Shown one piece after another: positions 38,075-47,572 of a DNA stretch of 64,000 bases; position 1 is the first letter of the stretch; each line of letters begins with the position of its first letter. The position numbers and the translations under genes were made by a program. Source of the stretch: a virus (Duplodnaviria; Caudoviricetes); the IMG/VR virus record IMGVR_UViG_3300026549_000038, positions 96,193 to 160,192 of that record, one strand, 5' to 3'. Under the pieces are notes generated by a model that made no database searches, had not been told where the DNA came from, and saw only the letters and a program-made list of their open reading frames with translations.

Positions 38075-40489
38075 TTATTTCAAGTTCAGTGTTATATAAT
38101 AATTATAAGTATAAATGTCAGTATTTGATGCATATTCCCAATTCATTGATATAGAATACAAGTTATAAATCGAAGTAGCTTGAGTTTCCGTAACCTTATA
38201 CAATTCTCTAATTTTTGCGAGCACTGCTTCTTTGATCAATGAATCTACATCATTTGATTCTTTGATATTGACTGTTACAAGAACCTCTAAATTATTTTTC
38301 ACATAAAACACTTGACTGTTATCAAACCAAGGGCGTTCTGTAGATATATACAGCTTCTCGTCTTCTTCATAATCTAGATCTTCGTAGTGGTTCTTATCCA
38401 ACGATCTGTTTTCTATAGCAAAATAATTAATAGAAGGATAAAGTGGTTCATATTTAGTTCCTCCATAAGTCTTAAATTCACTATTAGCAAATTCGTCCGA
38501 AGTCAGTTTTGTTTTATAGTATATTTTATTATTCCACGCCAAATCTTTACCTATAAATGTCGGAGCAATTGGGCCATCATACCTTATTACATGGTTATTA
38601 ATATTGTAGTCTTTTTTAACATAATTGAACTCCGTTGTTGATTTTACTGGACCATCTGCTCTGTTGTATGTGAGACCTCTATTAAATTTCACGGTTTTTG
38701 GTCTTTCTACAGACAAAAGAACGTTTCTCCATTGTTTAAGCACAGGATCTTGAGAATTTCGAAGTTTTTCACAAATACCAGATACAGTTAAGTTTTTTAT
38801 ATTATTATTCCATTCTTCAGAAGAAACAAATAATAAATATAGTATAGAATCGCTTAATGAACTTGGAATTGTGGTTGCACCAGACATCACATCCCAAACC
38901 TCAATGCCACCATCTATAACTTCTATCTTGTCTCCGAGGGTCCACTCAACTCCGAATCGCTTCACGTTTGGACTAGCTACTAAAGCCACATAAAATTTAT
39001 TTATAACTCTCAGGTCATCACCAGAACCTATAGTCACAGGACTCCATGAACTTGTATATTTCAATCCGTGTGTTATGTTGGAATCTATCGAATATACATC
39101 CATGATCGATGCAAGATTTTGAAAACCTTTAACATGTAATGGGTCAGTATCTATGATTGTGTCATCGTCGTCAACTTTAATCAATCCAAGTTTAGATGAT
39201 ACTTCTTTTGGGGAGATATAAGATATCCAATTGAGTGATGTATAATTATAACTAGGAACTTCTCCCCAATTCGTGGTGGATGGATATGTATTATAATTAT
39301 GAGGCATATCGTTTTCATTTATGCTTCCACCAAATCCACCATATACATTAAATATATAATCGTTTTGACCTGAAATAGACCAGTGAACTATGTTTTGAGA
39401 TAATTTGTTTTTGTTAACCAAATCTATACATTGGTTGTCTCTCAAATATTCCACTGCGTTTTTTTGAGACGTTGTTATATCAATCATAGGGATTTCGCCC
39501 GGTTCTGCATCTGAGTCGGAATAGCTTGAAACCGATAAATTTTCCATCAAAATTTCTTCGTAGTTGTTAAAGAAATCTTTTTTCTCGAGCAACTGCCCGT
39601 CAACGTAAACATCTACGCTTACACGAAAAGGCTGACCTAACAGATCTGCTGTAAGCATGGGTGAAACAAAATCCTGCATAGAAAAACATATAGAGAAGTT
39701 CATCAACTGTTTACAAATCATCTGATTGTTTTTGAAACTTTCAATGATCATATTATCGACTTCCATCAGTGGTCTTTCTCTATAAAGAATATTACTTGTA
39801 AGCGAAGGTAGTTCTTTCGTAGTCAAGTTTCCGCTGCTGACTTCTAATCCGTGCACACTGCTCAGTCCATCGAAATTGATATTTATGACCTGATTTCCGC
39901 TACCGGAGTTATCATTGCATATCCTTATATACTTAAAGTAATCAAAAAGATATTTAGAAAGTTTTGAGTTAAAACTTGTTCCTGTGTCATTAATTTTAAA
40001 CGATAATGATTTATGAAACAAAGGAGCAGTATTGTTAGAAGAAACAGGATAAAGATTAATCTCAAATCTTAAACTCTCTTGTACACTTTCCAACCAAACC
40101 GGAACGAGAATTTGAAACTGTTCACCGTATCTATTATAATTCATTCTCCGGCAACCATAAATATATGTATCGTTATAACGTTTCGGTTCTGGTTCTTCGC
40201 TGCTAGAGACCGGATAGATGATAGGCCAGTCATGTGAAAGTTCTGGGTTTACAAACGGCTGGTAAAAAGAACCCTCTGTCTTTTTATAAAACTCTCTGAT
40301 GTTATCTTGATGTTTATATAAAACAATATTCTCTTGTGGTGAATATGTGAATGGAACCATTGGGGATATTGGAGACAGATGTGCATTATCTACTTGAATT
40401 TCTGCACCGTTTTTTGAAGAAGTCACCAAATCTAATTGAAGCTGTCCACCTAGCAATACGTTTGTTCTATATAATTGATAGTTTTTCAT
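38075..40489 (-). CDS. putative virion structural protein
   Basis: 804 aa, first gene of operon preceded by ATTATTATT. Confidence 0.55.
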   Translation of the reverse strand: MKNYQLYRTNVLLGGQLQLDLVTSSKNGAEIQVDNAHLSPISPMVPFTYSPQENIVLYKHQDNIREFYKKTEGSFYQPFVNPELSHDWPIIYPVSSSEEPEPKRYNDTYIYGCRRMNYNRYGEQFQILVPVWLESVQESLRFEINLYPVSSNNTAPLFHKSLSFKINDTGTSFNSKLSKYLFDYFKYIRICNDNSGSGNQVININFDGLSSVHGLEVSSGNLTTKELPSLTSNILYRERPLMEVDNMIIESFKNNQMICKQLMNFSICFSMQDFVSPMLTADLLGQPFRVSVDVYVDGQLLEKKDFFNNYEEILMENLSVSSYSDSDAEPGEIPMIDITTSQKNAVEYLRDNQCIDLVNKNKLSQNIVHWSISGQNDYIFNVYGGFGGSINENDMPHNYNTYPSTTNWGEVPSYNYTSLNWISYISPKEVSSKLGLIKVDDDDTIIDTDPLHVKGFQNLASIMDVYSIDSNITHGLKYTSSWSPVTIGSGDDLRVINKFYVALVASPNVKRFGVEWTLGDKIEVIDGGIEVWDVMSGATTIPSSLSDSILYLLFVSSEEWNNNIKNLTVSGICEKLRNSQDPVLKQWRNVLLSVERPKTVKFNRGLTYNRADGPVKSTTEFNYVKKDYNINNHVIRYDGPIAPTFIGKDLAWNNKIYYKTKLTSDEFANSEFKTYGGTKYEPLYPSINYFAIENRSLDKNHYEDLDYEEDEKLYISTERPWFDNSQVFYVKNNLEVLVTVNIKESNDVDSLIKEAVLAKIRELYKVTETQATSIYNLYSISMNWEYASNTDIYTYNYYITLNLK

Positions 40490-40572
40490 GATTTAATAAT
40501 AATCAATCAAGACACGGATCTAAATAAAGCGGCTTATAATAATTATTATTTTTATAAGTAAATTTATAAATC

Positions 40573-41130
40573 GTGAAAAAAGTAAATATACTAATAGGAA
40601 GATTTCAACCATTTACCTACGGACATCTTAAATGCGTAGAAGAAGCTTGGAAGAAATTGGGCGTTCAATCTGTAATAGTTATTATAGACACGCCAGAAAA
40701 TAAAGTAGATTCTAAACATCCGTTCCCAACATCGATGCTTCTGCCAGTATATAAGGAAGTTTTTAAAAGAAATGGAAAGGTTGCAGATATAGTTACATGT
40801 AATAATGCTAATATTGTTACAATCGGTGAGACTCTTCATAATATGGGTTATGAAATAGTTAGCTGGACTTGCGGAACCGATCGTATAGATTCTTATAAAA
40901 GAATGTCTGATAAATATCACAAAGATGCGTTTTTAGCTGATGATTTTCAAATGATTGAAATCAAGAGAACTGCAGAGGACATTTCTGCTACTAAGGCTCG
41001 TAAAGCTCTTGTTGAAAACGACCTCGACACCTGGAAAAAGATCACTCCGTTGTATAACCTTCGCGAAAAAATGGAAGGTAACAAAATTTTCAACGAGTTT
41101 AGAAATCAAATATTAAAAGTAGTTAAATGA
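40573..41130 (+). CDS. cytidylyltransferase-like (HIGH/TxGH) nucleotidyltransferase
   Basis: IGRFQPFTYGH, CGTDR, ISATKARK. Confidence 0.85.
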   Translation: MKKVNILIGRFQPFTYGHLKCVEEAWKKLGVQSVIVIIDTPENKVDSKHPFPTSMLLPVYKEVFKRNGKVADIVTCNNANIVTIGETLHNMGYEIVSWTCGTDRIDSYKRMSDKYHKDAFLADDFQMIEIKRTAEDISATKARKALVENDLDTWKKITPLYNLREKMEGNKIFNEFRNQILKVVK

Positions 41131-42335
41131 AAACTTTAAGTCAGTATATTATTGAAGGTGGTGCGAGCGGGCATATGATGCACCCAACAGACTATATAGA
41201 CTTCACTGGGGAAGATCTGATTGAATTAGTACAGTCATTGTTTAGCGGAGAAATAGAAGATGTTACTGAAAAGATTGACGGGACTAATATCCAGGCGACT
41301 ATGAACCCAAGTGGAGAAGTCGTTTTTATAAGAAACAAGTCCGATCTCAACAGTGCTCGCGGCGGAATGACTATTGACGATATGATACTGAAGTGGAAGG
41401 ATAAACCAGGTATTGCAAAAACCTTTGTAGATGCCGGAAGAATAATCACTAAAGTATTCCAAAAAGTAGGTAAGTCTTTTTTCAACCCCAACCCATCAAC
41501 GAAATTAGTTTTAAATTGCGAATGTGTGACTGAAGGCATTACAAATGTCATTCCTTATGGGTCAGCGCAGGTAGATTTCCATGATATATGGGTGTACAAA
41601 AAAGATGGAGACGTGTGGGTGAAAGATACAGTTACTAAAACTGGATTAAACGTTATAGAAAAAGCTTGCGAAGGGGTTGACAATGCACAACTAACACCGA
41701 AACTCATATTTCAGTTAACGAAGGATTCAGATAAATACCTGGAAAAGTATAAAGAAGATATAAAGAAATTGTTTAATCCTATAACTCAAACCATTGATGA
41801 GTGGAGAAAAAAGAAATTTATCGAATACATATATGAATCCGATTATCGTTGGATTATGGATTCTAAAGAGGGGTTAGAAGCTCTATATGAGAGATGGTTC
41901 AACGGAGTTAAGGCAGTGAATATGAGGCAATTATGCCAATGGTACTCAAAAAATGCCGATGAACTTAAAGAAATAGATAAGAAAAAATATAAGGATATTG
42001 TTTCAGAAATAATGGCTCCGCTAGATACTTTATTCCTTAAAATCGGAAACAGTGCTATAAAAATGTTCGGTGGGATGCTTAACAGTGGATCAACAACAGC
42101 ATCGAGGATTCTTATTAATAATCTTAATTCAACAATCAAAGAATTGTCTAAAGATCCGGACCAAGAAACTCAATCCAAACTCATCAATCAGCTTAATAGA
42201 CTTAATAGGATTGGTGGAGAAGAATCAATCAACGCCTCAGAAGGAATAGTCTTTAGATATAAAGGAAGGCTCATGAAGCTCACAGGTTCATTCGCTCCTT
42301 TAAATCAAATACTTGGACTTAAAAAATTTGATTAA
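41127..42335 (+). CDS. ligase-like nucleotidyltransferase-fold protein with capsid-targeting-like leader
   Basis: MKTLSQYIIE leader; GHMMHP, TEKIDGTN (KxDG), EGIVF, KLTGSF; coupled to upstream gene (ATGA). Confidence 0.65.
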   Translation: MKTLSQYIIEGGASGHMMHPTDYIDFTGEDLIELVQSLFSGEIEDVTEKIDGTNIQATMNPSGEVVFIRNKSDLNSARGGMTIDDMILKWKDKPGIAKTFVDAGRIITKVFQKVGKSFFNPNPSTKLVLNCECVTEGITNVIPYGSAQVDFHDIWVYKKDGDVWVKDTVTKTGLNVIEKACEGVDNAQLTPKLIFQLTKDSDKYLEKYKEDIKKLFNPITQTIDEWRKKKFIEYIYESDYRWIMDSKEGLEALYERWFNGVKAVNMRQLCQWYSKNADELKEIDKKKYKDIVSEIMAPLDTLFLKIGNSAIKMFGGMLNSGSTTASRILINNLNSTIKELSKDPDQETQSKLINQLNRLNRIGGEESINASEGIVFRYKGRLMKLTGSFAPLNQILGLKKFD

Positions 42336-42342
42336 TACATAT

Positions 42343-43713
42343 ATGAAATCACTATTTGATTATTTAAATAATATTCTGTTACTTGAATCTGCAACGAAAT
42401 ATGACCAGGTAACAGATTCTTATGAAGAATTATTAGAAAAATGCCCCGGCCTTGCAAAGAAGGTTGACGAAACAGGAAATAAGAAACTGCTCGGCAGTTA
42501 TCTCAAACAAGTTGTGTCTCAAACAGATTATAGTGGTGATAAAATATTTATTTATTCTGCAGATGGGGACCGATTTAAGATTCCATATGCTTTTCAACCA
42601 GCTCTGTTATCAGTAGCCTCCGATCCAAAATACGCCGATGTTATTTCTGCAGAAATTAAATCAGACGGAAAAGTACATATAGCTGTTTCCAACGGCAGAA
42701 AAATGATAGGCGTTGGACAAACCGGTTCTGGGTCAGTCGGCAGGGTCTCTACAACTAATCAGGAAAAGGCCACGTGCGTTGTATGGAACGCTTATGTGAA
42801 GAATCTTCGTGAAAATGACAATTTTGATGTTAATAATCCAATTATGATAAAGGGACTTGTTGGGGATATCTCTGCAGATTTTGATAAAAAATGGATAGAA
42901 TCATTCCAAAAACAAATATTTTCTATAACTCGTTATATGGAATCTGTCAATATGGATCCAAAGAATTACAACATGACAAGATACGATGACGGCCCTGTTG
43001 GAAAAGCATATGCTAAGTTTATTCAAAATTATACGAAAACCATTGGCGGTCAAAAAGATAATTTTGATCCAGCTGATGTAATCATTTACGATGTAAACGA
43101 TGAAAACTCTATCATCAGTTCATTGAACTCTTTCGCTGCTAGTGTAAAGGAGAATCCTGAAGGTACAAAAACAGAGTTTACAAAAATATTATTCAATACT
43201 CAGTTGCTCCAGGGAATTAGCCTTAAAAAGATTGAAAAAGGTACAGGAACATATGATAAGTTCAACATTGATGGTGCTGGAAATCGAGTAGAAAAAATCA
43301 CCAATTTTACTGAAATTACTTCTAGGAATGACGAAGTGAACAGTGGACAAGTAAAGGTTCTATGTTCCGGTTCTTTTAATCTCGATAATTTAACTGATGG
43401 TGAAGGAGAAGAACTCGGCCCTGAAAAGCAAGTAGTTATATGTATGAGGAGTTTTGGTGCACAGCATGGTATTGACGTACAGCTGAAGAGCATCAAATCT
43501 GGAACTAGTCCAAGTCTTGGTAAGTGTCCTGTTAGGGTATGGAAAGAAATCATTGGCAGCAATGAAAGCAATGATTTAAAAGCAGACGTTAAACTTTTTA
43601 GAAAAATGATTTCAGGAAAACAGCGCGCGTCTATTATCAGAAACTTAGAGGACATTGTTAAAGCTGCAGTTAAAGAGGGTCCAGCATGCTTTCCATTTAT
43701 ATTAATACATTAA
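42343..43713 (+). CDS. putative PD-(D/E)XK-like nuclease-fold protein with capsid-targeting-like leader
   Basis: Likely start ATG42343 (MKSLFDYLNNILLLE); QEKAT...DPADVII...GISLKK pattern. Confidence 0.5.
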   Translation: MKSLFDYLNNILLLESATKYDQVTDSYEELLEKCPGLAKKVDETGNKKLLGSYLKQVVSQTDYSGDKIFIYSADGDRFKIPYAFQPALLSVASDPKYADVISAEIKSDGKVHIAVSNGRKMIGVGQTGSGSVGRVSTTNQEKATCVVWNAYVKNLRENDNFDVNNPIMIKGLVGDISADFDKKWIESFQKQIFSITRYMESVNMDPKNYNMTRYDDGPVGKAYAKFIQNYTKTIGGQKDNFDPADVIIYDVNDENSIISSLNSFAASVKENPEGTKTEFTKILFNTQLLQGISLKKIEKGTGTYDKFNIDGAGNRVEKITNFTEITSRNDEVNSGQVKVLCSGSFNLDNLTDGEGEELGPEKQVVICMRSFGAQHGIDVQLKSIKSGTSPSLGKCPVRVWKEIIGSNESNDLKADVKLFRKMISGKQRASIIRNLEDIVKAAVKEGPACFPFILIH

Positions 43714-43737
43714 AAAAACAGAAAAAACAAGTTCGAT

Positions 43738-44994
43738 ATGAAAAATTTAAACGAACATATTATACAACAGAAGAACGAAGTAGCAGACACTAACGAAGTA
43801 GTTGGCCTGCTGCTCGGTCTTTCATGCCTTGCTTTTGCATCCAAAGGCAGCCAAGCTATGACAAACCTCACTGCCCCATTCGCTAATTTGTTTGGTGGGT
43901 TGTTCGGAAGGTTTAAGAAAGAAACTCCAGAAGAGGAGAAGAAAAGACTTGAAGCTGAGATTAAAAAAGAGAAAGATAAACTTGAGGTTGAAAAACTCCG
44001 CAAAGAACTCGAAAAACTCCGCAACGGAGAAGATGTCGATGATGACGATGATAAGAAGAAAGATAAGAAACTCAGTGAAGAGGAAATGTTTGATTCTAAA
44101 TTGATTGCCCTCAAGATAGCAAAAGATGCAAATGAGGATGAGCAAGATCCTGAAAAGAAAAAGAGGATCGACGACATGATCAAAATGCAAGAGAATGCTA
44201 TGTTTGATGATAACGGCAATCCGAGGAAGTGTGCTGACATCGAAAAGGAGATGCGCAAGATGCTTCCGAAAGATGCAGACCTTGGTGAGTTCGAAAAGAA
44301 ACAAAACGAGCTTCTTAAGAAACTCGAAGAACCGGAATTGCAGTCACAACTCAAAAAACAAATCAAAAATATATCTAACGACGATCTTCGTGAGATTAAG
44401 AGTAATGCTAGAATCGGTGCTGCAGAAACCAAAAAGGAAATCGCTGAAGCCTCAAAGAAAGGTGAGATTCCTGATTTTATGAAAGGTGCATGTGCGGAGA
44501 TGGGTCTTCCGGAGCCAACGCAAGAAAATGTACCTATGTTGAATCCTCCAAAGGAAGAACCAGAAAAGAAGGAAGAACCAGAAAAGAAGGAAGAACCAGA
44601 AAAGAAGGAAGAACCAGAAAAGAAGGAAGAACCAGAAAAGAAGGAAGAACCAGAAAAGAAGGAAGAACCGACAGCAGATGAAATCGAACAGATGCAGAAA
44701 GATTACGCTGATGCTGAACCTGGATCTGATAAAGCAAAAGAACTAGAAGGAAAATTGAAAGCCGCAAATGCCGATGTACCTAAGACAGAAACTGATAAAG
44801 AGGGGAGACCTAAACAAAAACGTACAGGCCCACGCGGAGGAAAATATTTTAGAACAAAAGTTGACGGAAAATGGGGAGAATGGCAATCAGATACAAATGA
44901 AAATCTAAAATGGTATTTGGCTGATAAGCTGAGTCAGACAGCAGAATCAAAAACATCAAAGCTAACAGAATACATCAACAAAGTACTCGGTTAA
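43738..44994 (+). CDS. highly charged putative head-internal protein with KEEPEK repeats
   Basis: MKNLNEHI leader, hydrophobic segment, K/E/D-rich body, TGPRGGKYF motif; upstream of protease. Confidence 0.65.
   Translation: MKNLNEHIIQQKNEVADTNEVVGLLLGLSCLAFASKGSQAMTNLTAPFANLFGGLFGRFKKETPEEEKKRLEAEIKKEKDKLEVEKLRKELEKLRNGEDVDDDDDKKKDKKLSEEEMFDSKLIALKIAKDANEDEQDPEKKKRIDDMIKMQENAMFDDNGNPRKCADIEKEMRKMLPKDADLGEFEKKQNELLKKLEEPELQSQLKKQIKNISNDDLREIKSNARIGAAETKKEIAEASKKGEIPDFMKGACAEMGLPEPTQENVPMLNPPKEEPEKKEEPEKKEEPEKKEEPEKKEEPEKKEEPEKKEEPTADEIEQMQKDYADAEPGSDKAKELEGKLKAANADVPKTETDKEGRPKQKRTGPRGGKYFRTKVDGKWGEWQSDTNENLKWYLADKLSQTAESKTSKLTEYINKVLG
44551..44669. repeat. perfect 18-bp tandem repeat x6.6 (KEEPEK)
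   Basis: AAGGAAGAACCAGAAAAG repeated from 44551. Confidence 0.95.
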
Positions 44995-45009
44995 ACCTTT
45001 GAATTTTTA

Positions 45010-45021
45010 ATTATTATTATT
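45010..45021 (+). promoter_or_regulatory. candidate late promoter of protease gene
   Basis: ATTATTATTATT 25 nt upstream of ATG45047. Confidence 0.5.
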
Positions 45022-45046
45022 AAAAATAAATATAGATATTGAAATT

Positions 45047-46489
45047 ATGTCAAATAAAACATTTATATTTGAAACACTGAATGATGTTAAAGGAATGTCT
45101 GCAAAGAAAGACGGTGAGTTTATGACTCTTAGTGGTGTCTTTGGAGTTTGCGGAGTTCGAAACAATAACAATCGTGTTTATGAAACATCTAACTATTCAA
45201 AGATGGTTTCAGAAATGAAAAAACGAATCAAAGAAGAAGGTGGTATCCCTGGAGAACTTGAACATCCTCAGATGATGAACATTACTCTCGAAAATATCAG
45301 CCATAAAATTACTGATATCAACATAGACGAGAACGGCGTGGTTAGTGGTAGCATTACTTTGCTGAATACTCCAAAAGGAAAGATAGCTCAAGCTATTGTC
45401 GAAGGCGGACTTCCTCTTTATATTAGTTCTAGGGCAACTGGATGTGTCGATCAGAAGACTGGTGCCGTTACACTTGAGAGGCTTGCTACTTATGACCTCG
45501 TAGGATCTCCGGGATTCTCTCAGGCAAAGCTTCATCTAAACGAAAATCAGATAGCTGAATCAATCAATGAAAATATTTATTATATCACCGAAAAAGAAAC
45601 AAAAGAAAATAATACAGAACAAGATATGGATACAAAAGAAATTCTCGAAAGGCTCGAATCTCTTGAGAATACAGTTAAAGACCTGCAGCAGGAGAACGAA
45701 AAACTTAGAGAGAGCGCGAAAGATAACATTCAAACAATCGCAGAAGGAGTTCAAAGCTGGATCGTTGAAGAGTACAGCCCAATGATTCAAAAGTGGATCG
45801 TTGAAGAATACGAACCAGAGGCAAAGAGCAAAATCCTCGAAAGTGTTGATACTGAATCTATTATGAACAACGTTAAGACTATGATCTCTGAAAAGGTTGC
45901 TCCTGCAATCCAGGATTGGATCGTTGAAGAGTATAGCCCAATGATTCAGGGTTATTTAACTGAAGAATATAGTCCTGTTGTAGAAAAGTGGATCGTTGAA
46001 GAAATTGCTCCTGGTATTCAAAATTGGATTACTGAAGAGTTCAGTCCGGTTCTCGATGAGTATATGACAGAAAACATCAAAACTCAGGCTGCAAGTATTG
46101 TAACCGAAGCTATTAACGAAAGCAAGAAAAATAGTTTAAGTTCAATAGAAGATACATTGAAGCTTCTTGAGGGCATGGAAGTCACAAAACCCACATATCA
46201 ATCTAAGACCATTGTTACTGAATCAGCTAATGAGCCTATGTTCATTGCACAGATGCCTGCTGAACTCAGACCAAAGTGGGATATGGCTTCAAAAGATGTT
46301 AAAGAAAGCATCACTCGCAGAGCAAAACTTTACAATTTCAATAACGAAGGAGCAACTCAAAGATTCTGGGAAAGTATTAACTTTGATGAAATTAAACCAA
46401 CGAGTGCCGTTTATGAGGGGCTAGATCAGATCGAAGATCAAAGAGAGAGAATGATCCGTGAAAGTCTCCGTAAGTGGATGAAGAAGTAA
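45047..46489 (+). CDS. gp21: prohead protease (T4 gp21-like) fused to scaffold-like region
   Basis: RNNNNRVY, GELEHP, ISHKI, TPKGKI, ISSRATG, YDLVGSPG; C-terminal WIVEEYSP repeats. Confidence 0.92.
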   Translation: MSNKTFIFETLNDVKGMSAKKDGEFMTLSGVFGVCGVRNNNNRVYETSNYSKMVSEMKKRIKEEGGIPGELEHPQMMNITLENISHKITDINIDENGVVSGSITLLNTPKGKIAQAIVEGGLPLYISSRATGCVDQKTGAVTLERLATYDLVGSPGFSQAKLHLNENQIAESINENIYYITEKETKENNTEQDMDTKEILERLESLENTVKDLQQENEKLRESAKDNIQTIAEGVQSWIVEEYSPMIQKWIVEEYEPEAKSKILESVDTESIMNNVKTMISEKVAPAIQDWIVEEYSPMIQGYLTEEYSPVVEKWIVEEIAPGIQNWITEEFSPVLDEYMTENIKTQAASIVTEAINESKKNSLSSIEDTLKLLEGMEVTKPTYQSKTIVTESANEPMFIAQMPAELRPKWDMASKDVKESITRRAKLYNFNNEGATQRFWESINFDEIKPTSAVYEGLDQIEDQRERMIRESLRKWMKK

Positions 46490-46519
46490 AGAAATAAAAA
46501 AGTATTTAACGGATATAAT

Positions 46520-46548
46520 AAAAAAGGACCCACATGGGTCCTTTTTTT
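46520..46548. terminator. bidirectional intrinsic terminator
   Basis: AAAAAAGGACCC-ACAT-GGGTCCTTTTTTT. Confidence 0.85.
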
Positions 46549-47185
46549 AATCATCATCATAAATATCAAAATCTTCTACTTTGATATTGTGTGATTTTAT
46601 ATATTTATAAAAATATTCTTCTGTGATCTTTGTCGAAGCAAGATTTATATAATCATATTCAGAATTTTTTTCTAATCCTTCTAAATTATAAATTGGACAG
46701 TCAAATACGTAAAGCTTTCCAGGAGTTTTAAATTTCGGAAGTCCTTTTAAAGATTGTAAATTTTTACAATCATTTATATTAAGCTCTGCGTATATTTCCG
46801 CAGCTGGGTCGAAAATATCTTCCAGAGTAGTCAATCCAGGACTTCTTATTATATAAACGTCTGATGCGTGAGAAGAACCAGGATATTCAATATCAATTAT
46901 ATTTAGCGGGTTGTTAAGTCTACTTTTTATGTTTTCTATAGATAAAAGATAATATTTGTTATCTAATATTATTTTTATTTTACCTTCTGGAGTTACTTCA
47001 ACTTGCTTCGATATTGTTTTGGGGTTTAACGGAGAGTGACTTTTTCGGAAGGAATAGGGTATAAGATCATATCCATATTTTTTTAATTCTTCTAGGGCGA
47101 TTTCCCGTTTAGCTGTAGATATCATATCTTCTTCAGATTTTCCAGAGAAGAGACTTTCCGTTATATATTGATTTATATTTATCAT
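46547..47185 (-). CDS. LRR-like protein with capsid-targeting-like leader
   Basis: MININQYITESLFS; LTTLEDIF, CKNLQSLKGLP, IYNLEGL. Confidence 0.75.
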   Translation of the reverse strand: MININQYITESLFSGKSEEDMISTAKREIALEELKKYGYDLIPYSFRKSHSPLNPKTISKQVEVTPEGKIKIILDNKYYLLSIENIKSRLNNPLNIIDIEYPGSSHASDVYIIRSPGLTTLEDIFDPAAEIYAELNINDCKNLQSLKGLPKFKTPGKLYVFDCPIYNLEGLEKNSEYDYINLASTKITEEYFYKYIKSHNIKVEDFDIYDDD

Positions 47186-47199
47186 AACAATCTTGTCAA

Positions 47200-47550
47200 T
47201 TACAGTTCTTTTAATACATCGTCTATCTTCACGTTAGAATTAAACTCGAAGTCTGTTTCTTTTAACCACTTTTCGAAATGTTGTCCGATATTATAAACAA
47301 TTTTCGAAGGTATATTATTTTTCTTATATAATTCCAATAGGTAAAATACTATCATTTCCGCGTGGCAGCTGACTCCGGCTGCAATTGTGTATAAGTATAT
47401 TATATCAAAAAAGTCTTTGAAATCTGAATTTTCCTTATTCCACTTTCTGGTTATGAATTGTTTTAGTTTCGGAGTACATATGCTATTCCAAACCCTATCC
47501 ACGTCTTTTTGTGATATGCTTTCGTTTATATAATCAATCAGATGTCTCAT
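47200..47550 (-). CDS. small protein with capsid-targeting-like leader
   Basis: MRHLIDYINES leader. Confidence 0.7.
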   Translation of the reverse strand: MRHLIDYINESISQKDVDRVWNSICTPKLKQFITRKWNKENSDFKDFFDIIYLYTIAAGVSCHAEMIVFYLLELYKKNNIPSKIVYNIGQHFEKWLKETDFEFNSNVKIDDVLKEL

Positions 47551-47572
47551 ACAAATATATATTGTTTTGATA

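Noticed and set aside
43710-44432. 240-aa antisense ORF and other short overlapping ORFs in the track
   Set aside because: S/F/L-rich mirror images of K/E-rich sense genes, with no independent signals
44551-44669. 18-bp arrays (also 63887-64000) as origin iterons or CRISPR
   Set aside because: Both are in-frame low-complexity peptide linkers inside genes
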